64,000 nt of DNA from Anaerolineae bacterium (GTDB taxonomy: Bacteria; Chloroflexota; Anaerolineae; Aggregatilineales; J027), in NCBI GenBank assembly GCA_008933735.1, contig WBUL01000001.1, forward strand, positions 90,057 to 154,056, given 5' to 3'. The notes beneath the pieces are model-generated. The model searched no databases. It was not told the origin of the DNA and saw only the letters and a program-made list of their open reading frames with translations. How positions within the stretch are numbered: the first letter of the stretch is position 1; each line of letters starts with the position of its first letter. A program made the position numbers and the translations under genes. This document shows, one piece after another, positions 7,570-17,567 of the stretch.

Positions 7570-9288
7570 GTGAAACGAATTCTGATGATACTACTGATGC
7601 TTCTTTTGGGCGCTTGTCAGGAGGAGGAAGAACCGCTGCCTACAAGCGTGAGTCGGGATGAGGCTTTGGCTACAGCAGGTTTGCTCACCGATTCCGACCG
7701 TTTTGCGACGGAAACTGCCGCCAGCATTCCAACCATCACGGTTATTTTTACCTGGACTCCTTCTCCGACCATCACCCTGACCCCGACAGAAAGCCTGACC
7801 CCCACTCTGACCCCCACAGAGACCTTTACCCTATCGCCTATCCAGGAAACCGAAATTTTCCTGTATCAGCGCAGCACCTCTGTTGTGCTTACAGCTACGG
7901 CACAGGCACCGCCCACAGCGACCAATACCCCTACTGAAACCCCATTACCATCAGAAACTCCGACAGGCACCCCCACCCCTACTGAAACTCCTATCCTGCC
8001 CGATGTTCCCTTGCCAAATCGGGTTATTTTTACTTCGAATCGATTGGGAACCAATGACATCTGGCTGATGGCTTTGGACGGCAGTGCCCCCCTGCCAATT
8101 GTGTTTGCCCCCGACAGCAACGAAGTCGTGGCAACGTGCAGTCCGGATGGGGAACAGTTTGTGTTTGATTCTGACAGGGGCGGCGACCTGGAAATTTATC
8201 TCGGTCGATATGGTGCCACTGAACCCCGTCCCCTAACCGATACCGAAGGCGAGAATTTTCATCCGGTATGGTCGCCTGACGGGAGTCATATCGCTTTTGT
8301 GTCATCGCGCACAGGGGATAACAATATCTGGATCGTGGACAATGGCGGCGGCAATCCCCATGCCATTACTTCAGCGCCAGGGTCTGATCAGCACCCCCAG
8401 TGGTCACCGGATGGCAGGCAGTTATTTTATGCTTCCAATCGAGATGGGCAGTTTGACATTTACCGCTACGATCTCGAAACGGACACCGAAACCCGTTTAA
8501 CATCTACGGACGACCGTGATGAAACAGCGCCAGCATTTGGCTTTGACTTTACCACTCTGGTATATGTTGCCGAATTGGAACCGGGAAACAGCAAGACAGG
8601 CGCGTTGTGGGTTGACAACGGACAGGATCCGGCACGGGCAACAGTGAGTGCGGAAGGGCGTGTTGACCAGCCCGTGTGGATTGCTAACGGGAAGGTGCTT
8701 CTATCCGCAGATCTAGGCGGCATCACCCAGGTTTTACTGGTGGACCTGATCGGCGCGACTCGCAGTATTCTGACCAACATAGGCCCGCGTAATTTCTGGC
8801 CTCATCCCTGTTATCTTGCCTCTGAGGAAATGGTGGCCGCCCTTCCAACAGGCATCCCGCCAACACTGACCCCCACCCCGATCCAGGAACGCATCTCAGC
8901 CTTTACCCCTGTTGTAAATCCAGGGCCAGACTGGAAGCAAATCCGCAACACATTTGATCTGGAGGAATTGTCCGAGATCAACGACCCCCGGCTGCAAAAC
9001 GCAGAAGTCAGCATCGCCAATCAGCGCATCACTTATGAATGGTCGGAAGGAGAAAGCACCTATTCGATAACGCTCCTTCCAGAAATCATTGATGGGGCGC
9101 TGGAAATCAGCATCGCCAGTTATACAAAAGATGGTCTGCCAGAAGATCTGCTCAGTGTACAGGATATTGCTTTTTTAGTCCGGGAATATTTTCTGGAAGA
9201 AACGATCCCCCCCGGTAGCTATCGCGCTGAAAGCCTTAGCTTCGAGGTTGATCGGCTCACCCTGATTCTCTCATCCTCTTCAGAGTGA
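7570..9288 (+). CDS. TolB-like PD40/WD40-like beta-propeller lipoprotein with a Thr/Pro-rich linker
   Basis: It starts at GTG and has a lipoprotein-type signal (LLMLLLGAC). PD40 units are repeated (FHPVWSPDGSHIAFVSSRTGDNNIWI, QHPQWSPDGRQLFYASNRDGQFDIY). Confidence 0.8.
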   Translation: MKRILMILLMLLLGACQEEEEPLPTSVSRDEALATAGLLTDSDRFATETAASIPTITVIFTWTPSPTITLTPTESLTPTLTPTETFTLSPIQETEIFLYQRSTSVVLTATAQAPPTATNTPTETPLPSETPTGTPTPTETPILPDVPLPNRVIFTSNRLGTNDIWLMALDGSAPLPIVFAPDSNEVVATCSPDGEQFVFDSDRGGDLEIYLGRYGATEPRPLTDTEGENFHPVWSPDGSHIAFVSSRTGDNNIWIVDNGGGNPHAITSAPGSDQHPQWSPDGRQLFYASNRDGQFDIYRYDLETDTETRLTSTDDRDETAPAFGFDFTTLVYVAELEPGNSKTGALWVDNGQDPARATVSAEGRVDQPVWIANGKVLLSADLGGITQVLLVDLIGATRSILTNIGPRNFWPHPCYLASEEMVAALPTGIPPTLTPTPIQERISAFTPVVNPGPDWKQIRNTFDLEELSEINDPRLQNAEVSIANQRITYEWSEGESTYSITLLPEIIDGALEISIASYTKDGLPEDLLSVQDIAFLVREYFLEETIPPGSYRAESLSFEVDRLTLILSSSSE

Positions 9289-9359
9289 CAAAAACGCCGT
9301 GATGGGGTTCTCAATGTGGTATTATTGAGCGACCTAAGAGAAAGTGAGAGAAAGCGGAA

Positions 9360-10157
9360 ATGGGTTTATTAGAAGGGAAAAAGGCCCTGATTTTTGGCGT
9401 GGCAAATAAGGATTCCATTGGGTGGGGAGTTGCAAAGGCCTTCCACCGCGAGGGCGCGACACTTGGTTTTAGTTATGCATACGAATCGCTGGAGCGACGA
9501 GTCACCCCGCTGGCGGAAAGCGTGGGCAGTGATTTCGTGGAAATGTGTGATGTATCCAAAGACGAGGATGTGGATACCCTGTTTGAAAAAGCCCAAAAAC
9601 GCTTTGGCACGCTGGATATTGTCATTCACTCCATTGGTTTCGCTCCCAAAGAAGACCTCGGCGGGCGCTACTCCGAGATGAGCCGGGATGGGTTTCTGTT
9701 GGCTGTCAATATTTCCGCCTACAGCCTGGTTGCGCTGGCAAAACGTGCCCGCCCCCTGATGCCCAATGGCGGTTCCATAACTGCCATGACCTATATTGCC
9801 TCAGAGCGTGTCATGCCGCGTTATAATGCAATGGCGGCGGCAAAAGCACTGCTGGAAAACGCTGTGCGTTACCTGGCGGCAGATTTAGGGCCAGATGGTA
9901 TTCGTGTTAATGCGATCAGTGCCGGACCCATCAAAACCCTGGCGGCATCAGGTATTGGTGGATTCCGGAAGCTGCTGCGAGCCAGCGAGCAGGTTTCTCC
10001 GCTGCGGGCACTGGTGACGCAGGAAGATGTTGGAAACGCCTGTGTTTTCCTTTCCTCAGACTGGGCGCGTTACATCACAGGCGAAATCATGCATGTTGAT
10101 GCCGGGTATAACATCCTGGGCTTCACCGCCACTGAGGAAGAATTATTAGGTGATTAA
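9360..10157 (+). CDS. fabI: Enoyl-[acyl-carrier-protein] reductase (NADH) FabI
   Basis: The N-terminus [30 protein letters not shown] is typical of FabI. The SDR fold continues through to [12 protein letters not shown]. Confidence 0.9.
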   Translation: MGLLEGKKALIFGVANKDSIGWGVAKAFHREGATLGFSYAYESLERRVTPLAESVGSDFVEMCDVSKDEDVDTLFEKAQKRFGTLDIVIHSIGFAPKEDLGGRYSEMSRDGFLLAVNISAYSLVALAKRARPLMPNGGSITAMTYIASERVMPRYNAMAAAKALLENAVRYLAADLGPDGIRVNAISAGPIKTLAASGIGGFRKLLRASEQVSPLRALVTQEDVGNACVFLSSDWARYITGEIMHVDAGYNILGFTATEEELLGD

Positions 10158-11271
10158 ACTTTCCCAAAACCAACTGCGCCGATATATTCTGGGCAAACAG
10201 GGGCTGCTGGAGAGGCAGTCCCTTGAGGCCATGGATACCTTCGGGCCGCTCCATGCTACCGACCACACGACTCCCTATTTATCCCTGCTGGCACGAGTTG
10301 ACCCGTTTGTCTGGGAAAATCTGGCAGATAAACGCTATGATGAACACGCTTTTATCAAGCTGCGCTGTATGCGCGGAACGCTGCATTTGCTGCCCGAATC
10401 GCTGGCCAACACGGTACAGTGTGTGTATCAGTTGACCGAAAAAGAGACCTTCCACGAATTTGCTGAATATGATATTCCCGAAAAAGCGGCAATGGCAGCC
10501 CGGTTTGCTATCCTGGAAACCCTGGAAAAAGAAGGGCCTCAGTCTACGGCCAGCATCAAGAAATACCTCAGCGCAAATCTCCAGAAAAAATATAAAAATA
10601 AATATGGCAGCGAAACCACCATCATCGGGCCAGTCATGCGGTGGTTGTGGTCCTTGGGACTCATCGAATCGGGTGTTGGAGTAACCGATTGGCGGCAGAA
10701 AGAGGCGGCATTCCGCATCGTGGTCTCCGCTGTTGAGCCGTGTGACCGGAGTGAAGCAGATAAAGCACTGGCACAAACCTATTTTGAGCTCTATGCCCCT
10801 GCTACTTATGAAGATTGGGCCTGGTGGTGCGGGTTAAATGCCGAACGCTGTAAAACGGCCTTCAACAGCCTCAAGTTGATGGAGGCCAGTGTCAGCGGCC
10901 TGCCGCCAATGTGGGTGTTAGAAACCCAGGCAGAAGTCCTCTCGCAGACACCCGATACCCCGCCAGATATGGTGCGCCTTCTCCCCTACGAAGACGCCCT
11001 GATAAAAGCCTACAAACCGACCCGTTCTCGTTTTTATGATGATGCTGACATTGCAGAAGACAGCGCCTTCAACAAATTTGGCGAGGCGGTACCGACCATC
11101 TGGATTGACGGTCAAATTATGGGTGTGTGGACATGGATACAAAAACCGAATGAACCCATGACGGTTGAACCCTTCTTTCAGATGACCAAAGCGCTCCGCA
11201 AACGCTTAAACCCGGAAATCGAACGGGTGCAGCACTTCATCCAGGCCAGCCATGTGATCTGGAGCAGCTAG
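10150..11271 (+). CDS. Winged-helix DNA-binding domain protein, YcaQ/AlkZ-like (putative crosslink-repair DNA glycosylase family)
   Basis: The family-like pattern is [14 protein letters not shown]...[17 protein letters not shown]...[13 protein letters not shown]. The GTG start overlaps the fabI stop by 8 nt. Confidence 0.6.
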   Translation: MIKLSQNQLRRYILGKQGLLERQSLEAMDTFGPLHATDHTTPYLSLLARVDPFVWENLADKRYDEHAFIKLRCMRGTLHLLPESLANTVQCVYQLTEKETFHEFAEYDIPEKAAMAARFAILETLEKEGPQSTASIKKYLSANLQKKYKNKYGSETTIIGPVMRWLWSLGLIESGVGVTDWRQKEAAFRIVVSAVEPCDRSEADKALAQTYFELYAPATYEDWAWWCGLNAERCKTAFNSLKLMEASVSGLPPMWVLETQAEVLSQTPDTPPDMVRLLPYEDALIKAYKPTRSRFYDDADIAEDSAFNKFGEAVPTIWIDGQIMGVWTWIQKPNEPMTVEPFFQMTKALRKRLNPEIERVQHFIQASHVIWSS

Positions 11272-11413
11272 CCAGTCTTGATTGCCCTAAATTTTAGGAT
11301 CAAAAGCAAAGGCGATTTTATGCTACGCTATAGATATGGGCATCATTAACGGAATTCTTATGCAACTCATTCACAGCCAGTTCCGTATACAATGATAGAA
11401 AAGGAGACTTAAC

Positions 11414-11683
11414 GTGGCTAAAAAGAACGCACTGGAGCAGTTTGTTGAACATCAGAAAACGGCTGCTGAAGAAGCAGGCAAAGCACTGCTGTCTTTAATT
11501 CCGTCGGGCCTTCGCAAACACGGTTGGAAGGCTATTGAAGAAACCGCCAAAGGATTCGGGGCGCTGGTCGGGGGAGCTGCCGACGAAGTTAAAAAGGCGC
11601 TCGACAGCGTCGATGAAAAAACCGCCGAGACTCCCAAAAAAAGCGGGACAAAAGTGAAGGTTGATGTCGAGGAGAAGGAATAA
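11414..11683 (+). CDS. Small hydrophilic helical protein, paralog A (89 aa), unknown function
   Basis: A GTG start is preceded by AGGAG. It shares FVEHQK.A.EEAGKAL..LIP and the C-terminal K.KVDVE with the next ORF. Confidence 0.6.
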   Translation: MAKKNALEQFVEHQKTAAEEAGKALLSLIPSGLRKHGWKAIEETAKGFGALVGGAADEVKKALDSVDEKTAETPKKSGTKVKVDVEEKE

Positions 11684-11684
11684 C

Positions 11685-11945
11685 ATGGCTGAGGAAAGCA
11701 AGAAAAACACCGAATTCGAGAATTTCGTGGAGCATCAGAAAAAAGCCTTTGAGGAGGCGGGCAAGGCACTCGAGGCTCTGATTCCACCGGACTTCATGAC
11801 ACACAGCAAAGCCGCCTTCAAGGAATCCATCGAAGGGTTCCGCGTGCTGGTCAATGCGACGCTGGATACCATCTCTGCTGAAATAGACAAGACCAGGGAA
11901 AAAACCGACTCCACCGCCAGCAAGAAAAAGGTGGATGTGGAATAG
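11685..11945 (+). CDS. Small hydrophilic helical protein, paralog B (86 aa), unknown function
   Basis: I chose the ATG at 11685 (MAEESKKN), 1 nt after the paralog A stop, over the track start at 11661. It aligns with paralog A almost without gaps. Confidence 0.6.
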   Translation: MAEESKKNTEFENFVEHQKKAFEEAGKALEALIPPDFMTHSKAAFKESIEGFRVLVNATLDTISAEIDKTREKTDSTASKKKVDVE

Positions 11946-11954
11946 CTTCGCTCT

Positions 11955-11985
11955 AGCCGCGAGATAGCAAACCTCGCGGCTTTTT
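11955..11985 (+). terminator. Rho-independent terminator after the small-protein pair
   Basis: A 9-bp stem (agccgcgag / ctcgcggct) with a 9-nt loop is followed by TTTTT. The U-run overlaps the stop codon of the convergent ABC1 kinase gene. Confidence 0.6.
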
Positions 11986-13726
11986 ATTTCCGCTCTCGCC
12001 ATAGAATCGCACCGCTGATTGCCAATCCTGCCAGCAAGATACTTGCTGAAAGCCTCCGATTATTGGCCTCGATGCGATCTAGTTGTTCCTTGAGGTCTGA
12101 GTCCAGCTTAATGCGGGTTTGCAGGTCACCCCGGTCAGCCTTGCGGAGAATTTCATCGGCTAATACGGGAAGCTGAACGGCGCGAACAAGATAATCGCGT
12201 GCAGTGGCGAAGCTGAGTTTGAGATTTTCCTCGCTCATCATCGCCAGGATATTTTCTGGGCTAAACATCTCACGCATCAAATCCCCCAACGATTCCGAGT
12301 CGGCAGCAGACTCTTCCTCGATGCCAATTTTGCCACGCCGCACGAGTTCCACAACATACGGTTGCATCGCCACCCAGGGGTTAAAATCGGGATCCAGCCC
12401 TTTGCACAGGCCGGCAAGGATACCACCGCAGCGCCCCAGGTAGATCAGATTTTGCGGTACCTTAAACGGCGCAGAGAGAAAAATATCCCGAAATTCGCTG
12501 ATCAACTGGCGGATTTTTTCCGGTTCAAGCTGCAAAACCGCATCCATATCCAGGCCGTACACCATATCAAATACAAAGCGTGTGGCGTCAACCACCCGCT
12601 CACGATCAGCGTCGGGCATGAGAACGCCGAGCTCCTCGTAACATTCCACCAGACCGCGAGCATCACGCAGACCAACGGAAATTAGTACACGGCGCAGTGT
12701 CTCGCCCAGCTCAGCAGCGATACATCCCATCATGCCAAAATCAACAAAAATCAGTTGAAAGTTACGCGGCAGAGCTGCGCCGTTGGTCGGTTGGACTGGC
12801 TTTACGAAAATATTGCCAGGGTGAGGATCAGCATGGAAAAAATGCTCAATAAAGACCTGCATAAGATAGGTATCCAGCAGGCGGAGAGCCACAGCACGGC
12901 GGTCAATCCCAGCGGCTTCCAGTGCCGCATAATCGTTGAGCTTTATCGCGCTCACATCTTCCATGACGAGCACCCGGTGTGTTGTATAATCGTGGCAGAT
13001 GGAAGGAACATAAATGTCCGACTCATCGGCAAAAAGACGGGCAAACCGCTCTGCATTTTGCGCTTCGTGGATGTAATCCAGCTCTTCCCACAACACCGAG
13101 GCAAATTCTTGCAGCAAATGAGGTAGATCGGCCCGCCGCCGGATGAACCGAAATTTCATGCCCCAGCCCGATACCACTGCCAGCGCGTCCAGATCGGTTT
13201 GTACCAGGTTACGGATGCCGGGGCGCTGCACTTTAACAACCACGTTTTGACCGTCCAATCGCGCTTTGTAGACCTGCCCTAATGAGGCAGCAGCAACAGG
13301 GGTCGAAACAAAATCCACAAAATCATCAAATCTGCTGCCCAACTCCTGAGCAATCACCTGCCGAATCTGGGAAAACTCAACAGGGGCGACCTCATCCTGT
13401 AACCCTTCCAGTGCCCTAATGACACGTTCAGGAAGCACATCCACACGGGTCGATAAGAATTGCCCTAACTTAATCATCACCCCGCCCATCTCAACCGCCA
13501 GCGTGCGGAATTTTTCAGCCGTCTTCAGGGTGCGCTCTCCACGCCTGCGTGCTACGAATTTTTCTCCGAAGAAATATTTGAGGACAATCTCCCAGCCAAG
13601 CGCCTTCAGAAAATTGACCGAAAAGAACGCGATAATCCGGTAATAGCGCTGGGTATCGCGTTTATAGCGGGGAACTTCCAGACTAGGCGATAGGCGTGAA
13701 TTTGATTCGAAGCGAAGACTCGACAA
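11984..13726 (-). CDS. ABC1/UbiB (AarF) family atypical kinase with a C-terminal TM segment
   Basis: ABC1 motifs are present (LAVEMGGVMIKLGQFLSTRVDVLP, AAASLGQVYKA, VVVKVQRPG, FFHADPHPGNIFV). The C-terminus is hydrophobic (SASILLAGLAISGAILW). Confidence 0.85.
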   Translation of the reverse strand: MSSLRFESNSRLSPSLEVPRYKRDTQRYYRIIAFFSVNFLKALGWEIVLKYFFGEKFVARRRGERTLKTAEKFRTLAVEMGGVMIKLGQFLSTRVDVLPERVIRALEGLQDEVAPVEFSQIRQVIAQELGSRFDDFVDFVSTPVAAASLGQVYKARLDGQNVVVKVQRPGIRNLVQTDLDALAVVSGWGMKFRFIRRRADLPHLLQEFASVLWEELDYIHEAQNAERFARLFADESDIYVPSICHDYTTHRVLVMEDVSAIKLNDYAALEAAGIDRRAVALRLLDTYLMQVFIEHFFHADPHPGNIFVKPVQPTNGAALPRNFQLIFVDFGMMGCIAAELGETLRRVLISVGLRDARGLVECYEELGVLMPDADRERVVDATRFVFDMVYGLDMDAVLQLEPEKIRQLISEFRDIFLSAPFKVPQNLIYLGRCGGILAGLCKGLDPDFNPWVAMQPYVVELVRRGKIGIEEESAADSESLGDLMREMFSPENILAMMSEENLKLSFATARDYLVRAVQLPVLADEILRKADRGDLQTRIKLDSDLKEQLDRIEANNRRLSASILLAGLAISGAILWRERK

Positions 13727-14861
13727 AACGGGCTTCCCCTATTTCCAAATTCCACAGGGCGTATGGCAGTACAATATTCCGACGGTAAGGCCCGACTCGC
13801 AGCGTGAGTTCATCGGCGGAACGATACACATCCAGATCATTTTTATCCGCAAACGGTAGCGGTACGCTCAGGACAAAGCCGCCGTTGGGGGCAGGTTCAA
13901 TCGAATGGGTCAAGCCCTCAAACATGATGTCTGCCGGATTTCTATCCCCATACAGCAAGTCGGCCAACTGCCGCAGCGCATCCAACCCGCTGACATCACG
14001 ATCAAAAAGCGGCGCTTTCAAGGTCGGCAAGTTACCAAAGGCCTCCTGAATATAGGCCAGATTCTTCTTCTGCAAGTCCTTCCACGCGGCAAAGTAGGGG
14101 TCATTCACTTCCTCCGGAATCACCCGGTTCACCAGCACGGCGTCCGTGGTGTAGCCGTAGAGATTGAGATAGGTATAGGTACGCTGCGTCTCCTTAATGA
14201 CCATCTTTTCCGCGTTGATGACCAACCGCATGGTACTGAGGGTGGGATCAGCCAAGATTTTCCTTACATTATCCAGAGCATCAAACAACCCTTCAACATT
14301 GTCCAGTTCTTCTTTATCGGGCATTTCGGTTTTAAGAAGGGGCTTTAGTGGACGAAGTACCCAGCCCATCCCACGTGCCAGCGCGATAATTTTCTGCACC
14401 CACCAGCGCGAGGCTTCTGGCAGGCTGAGCAGCCGAAGCGTTTCTGCTGTCGGTGCAGAGTCTACGATCAACACATCAAAATCACCCTGCTCAACATACT
14501 GGTTAATCCACAGTAGCTGAGCACCTTCTTCCAGACCAGGCAAAATCGTGACTTCCTCCGCAACGATTTCTTCCACCCCACGCTGTGCCAGCAGTTGCAG
14601 CAAATATTTCTGGATACGCCCCCAGTATTTGTCCATCGAATAGCGGGCATCCACTTCCTGCGCCCACAAATTCTCCATTAACTGAACAGGTTCAGGGCCA
14701 ATCTTTACGTCCAGCGAATCCGCCAGTGAATGGGCGGTATCTGTGCTAATGACAATGGTTTTTAAGCCCAAGTCCGCACACCGCAGTGCTGTTGCTGCCG
14801 AAATACTGGTTTTCCCAACACCACCCTTGCCCGTATGCACAATAATTCTCATCGGTTTCAC
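13683..14861 (-). CDS. ArsA/Get3-family ATPase with a C-terminal HSP20-like domain
   Basis: It has the deviant Walker A HTGKGGVGKTSISAATA and the DTAHSL motif. The C-terminal beta-sandwich-like tail reads FVLSVPLPFADKNDLDVYRSADELTLRVG. It overlaps the downstream ABC1 gene by 44 nt. Confidence 0.85.
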   Translation of the reverse strand: MKPMRIIVHTGKGGVGKTSISAATALRCADLGLKTIVISTDTAHSLADSLDVKIGPEPVQLMENLWAQEVDARYSMDKYWGRIQKYLLQLLAQRGVEEIVAEEVTILPGLEEGAQLLWINQYVEQGDFDVLIVDSAPTAETLRLLSLPEASRWWVQKIIALARGMGWVLRPLKPLLKTEMPDKEELDNVEGLFDALDNVRKILADPTLSTMRLVINAEKMVIKETQRTYTYLNLYGYTTDAVLVNRVIPEEVNDPYFAAWKDLQKKNLAYIQEAFGNLPTLKAPLFDRDVSGLDALRQLADLLYGDRNPADIMFEGLTHSIEPAPNGGFVLSVPLPFADKNDLDVYRSADELTLRVGPYRRNIVLPYALWNLEIGEARFVESSLRIKFTPIA

Positions 14862-14989
14862 TCTCTTACCTTCTGTGATTCTATACGAGAGGGAACAAAA
14901 TAAGTTCTAACGGTTGTGTTAGAGATACATTAGCAATTTCACAGTGCGTCCAGCTTGTGTGAAGGCGAATTCGCCTTCAGATTGAGTTG

Positions 14990-17554
14990 TCAATTGGTTT
15001 CCAGATCGACGTTAAAAAAAGTCTCGCAGCCTACGTTGCCAGCGCGGGCAGCCTCAATCAACCGATCATACTCCATCCCCAATTCAAATTCGCCTGCCTG
15101 ATTCAAATCATGAACGGCCAGCACGAGACGATCCAATCTGGAGAAGGCTTCTGCACGCAGCAAATACAGAATGGCAAAGTCAGGATCAAGCCTTATTGCT
15201 CTTGTATAAGCTTCTGCCGCCGCCTCAATGTCCCCCAGATTACATTGAGCGAGTCCCTGCACCAAATACAAATCAGCAACTTCATCATTGATCGCTAAGG
15301 CAGCGTGAATATCTGGGAGAACTTCGCTGTAACGCCCCAATAACATATTCCCGGCTGCCGAAAAGGTCAAGCCAATAAAATTAGAGGCTACGTTCCCGTA
15401 GAAGCCAACGATACCACGATTCGCCAGCGTAGGATCAGGGAACTCAGTCACCACAAGGTTAGCATAATACTGAGCATCGCTAAGCCGTCCCGCACGCAGC
15501 GCAAGCAGTGCTGCGTAAATGTAAGGCCAGTTGGCTTCCGGGCCAAGCGCTATCGCCCGATCCAGATCGGTTTTGGCAGCGTTGTAATCACCTTTCGCGT
15601 AATACATCACTCCCCGGAACGTAAGGGCAAACCAATCGTCAGGGCGAAGTTCGATAACTTTGTTATATTGTTCGATAGCACCATCTAAATCATTATTGAT
15701 ATAAAATGCCTCGTTGCCCAGCATTAAGTACGTAATGGCCCAATCCTCTCCCCCTAAACGCTGTCCGGTCATCGCATCGCGCCGACCGTCAGCACTGCGT
15801 CCCAGGCGATAGTTGGCTATTCCGCGCATTGTATAGAGCAGAGGATTACCCGCATCCAGGTCAATGGCAGCATTCATGGCTTCAAGCGATTGTTCGGTAT
15901 CATCCAGGTAAAACTCAAAAAAACGCTGCACCTGTGCTGAAACCCCACCGCCTGTAACTTCAGCCTCATTAACCTCCAATTCATCCAGAACCGCAATATT
16001 CCGCAGCATATTAAACGCATTCCCGTTTGCCGATTCAAGTATCTGAGATAAGCGGATCACCATCGGCGCAATTGACTCCGTTTGCGGATCAATGACACGC
16101 AGCGACACATTGGCCGTTCTTTCCATCATCTCTCGCGGAAAATCGATGTATGGAAACGCGCTTGTTACTCCCATCTGAAGTTCTAAATTGACAATGTTGG
16201 CGTCATAGTTACCCCAGACGACAACCGCCGCTCCGTTGGTTTCGGCGGCGGCCAGCGCAGCAGCCGGGGTCGTGAGCACCTTCGGATATGCTCGCACGCG
16301 AAAGTTAGAAAATGGCACTTCCTTTTCCAGGGTCTGGGTAAGTTCATTCACCAGCAAACGAGTTACCGAGCGTTCTTCACCACCTACTCGCTCCAATTCC
16401 GCCACCAGCACCATATACTCCCCTGGGGCAACCGGCTCAACCCGTGCTGTTCTTTCTTCAGTTTCAGCCGGGGTGTCATCCCGCCGCATCAACAAAAACA
16501 GGACACCCAGCACCATCAATGTAAGAACGACACCCATAAGCAGGGCCAGGCGCTGGCGTTTGCGGGCAGCTTGCAAGCTGATCATTGAGTCGGAACGCGG
16601 AGCCGATTCGCCTGGAAGCGGCTGGAGGCTCTTGTTCAGGAAAGACCGAAAACCAACACTTGGTACCGCTTCGTTGATGCTGCTCGGTGTAGGAGTAGCA
16701 AAACGCGAGACTTTTATGGGATCGCTGGTTTCCTCCAGGGTACGAAGAATTTTTTCGAGCCGCGTCCCAACCTCCCGTACACTACCCAACCGCAAATCAT
16801 GGTCTTTTTCCAGCATTTCGTAGATCAGGCGCACCAGTTCCGGCGGCGCATCGGGGCGGAGTGACTGCAAATCCGGCACATTTTCCGACATGATTTTCAG
16901 AATAATGGCAGCAGGCTGTTCAGAATCAAAAGGCCGCTTGCCGACCAGCATCTCAAACATCATTACCCCGAATGACCAGATGTCTGCACGCTCGTCCAAA
17001 ACTTCGCCATTACAGGCTTCCGGACTGAGGTACGCATAGGTTCCCACCAGAGATCCGGTCTGGGTCATACGGGAACGGTCACTAAAACGGGCTACCCCAA
17101 AATCGGTCAGGCGTGGTGTACCATCTTCCGCCAGCAGCACATTCGCGGGCTTAATATCCCGATGGATTATCTTCAAGCGATGTGCGCGAGTCAGGGCATC
17201 AGCTAAATCCAGGGAGATTTCCAGCATTCGCCGGATAGGAAGCTGTGGGGTTTCGCGCAGAAGCTGCTGCAAGCTCCCCCCGGAGACATATTCCATCACC
17301 AGGTAGTGCTTACCATCTTCTTCTACGGATGCCAGCATTTTGACGATGTTGGGATGGTTCAGACGGCGCAGAGCTTCTCCTTCCCGTTCAAAACGCTCGA
17401 CCATATCCGGGTCTTCGTGGGTAACTTCCGGTTTGAGCAGCTTGATCGCCACCGGTTGGCTTATGGCCGTGTCTATCCCCCGGTAAACTTCCCCCATCCC
17501 ACCATAGCCAATGATTTTTTCGATCTCAAAACGCCCCGCAATTTTCTCAGCCAT
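14990..17554 (-). CDS. Ser/Thr protein kinase - TM - conserved ectodomain - TPR repeats (854 aa)
   Basis: The Hanks kinase motifs are GYGGMGEVY, VAIK, HRDIKPANVLL, DFG and YLSPE. A TM segment follows (LALLMGVVLTLMVLGVLFLLM), then repeated TPR-like units. Confidence 0.9.
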   Translation of the reverse strand: MAEKIAGRFEIEKIIGYGGMGEVYRGIDTAISQPVAIKLLKPEVTHEDPDMVERFEREGEALRRLNHPNIVKMLASVEEDGKHYLVMEYVSGGSLQQLLRETPQLPIRRMLEISLDLADALTRAHRLKIIHRDIKPANVLLAEDGTPRLTDFGVARFSDRSRMTQTGSLVGTYAYLSPEACNGEVLDERADIWSFGVMMFEMLVGKRPFDSEQPAAIILKIMSENVPDLQSLRPDAPPELVRLIYEMLEKDHDLRLGSVREVGTRLEKILRTLEETSDPIKVSRFATPTPSSINEAVPSVGFRSFLNKSLQPLPGESAPRSDSMISLQAARKRQRLALLMGVVLTLMVLGVLFLLMRRDDTPAETEERTARVEPVAPGEYMVLVAELERVGGEERSVTRLLVNELTQTLEKEVPFSNFRVRAYPKVLTTPAAALAAAETNGAAVVVWGNYDANIVNLELQMGVTSAFPYIDFPREMMERTANVSLRVIDPQTESIAPMVIRLSQILESANGNAFNMLRNIAVLDELEVNEAEVTGGGVSAQVQRFFEFYLDDTEQSLEAMNAAIDLDAGNPLLYTMRGIANYRLGRSADGRRDAMTGQRLGGEDWAITYLMLGNEAFYINNDLDGAIEQYNKVIELRPDDWFALTFRGVMYYAKGDYNAAKTDLDRAIALGPEANWPYIYAALLALRAGRLSDAQYYANLVVTEFPDPTLANRGIVGFYGNVASNFIGLTFSAAGNMLLGRYSEVLPDIHAALAINDEVADLYLVQGLAQCNLGDIEAAAEAYTRAIRLDPDFAILYLLRAEAFSRLDRLVLAVHDLNQAGEFELGMEYDRLIEAARAGNVGCETFFNVDLETN

Positions 17555-17567
17555 CCGCTATCCCTTG

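Noticed and set aside
14960-14979. 20-nt perfect palindrome tgaaggcgaattcgccttca, 10 nt downstream of the kinase operon stop.
   Set aside because: It may be a terminator stem or a protein-binding site, but no U-run follows on either strand and it occurs only once. That is too little to support a call.
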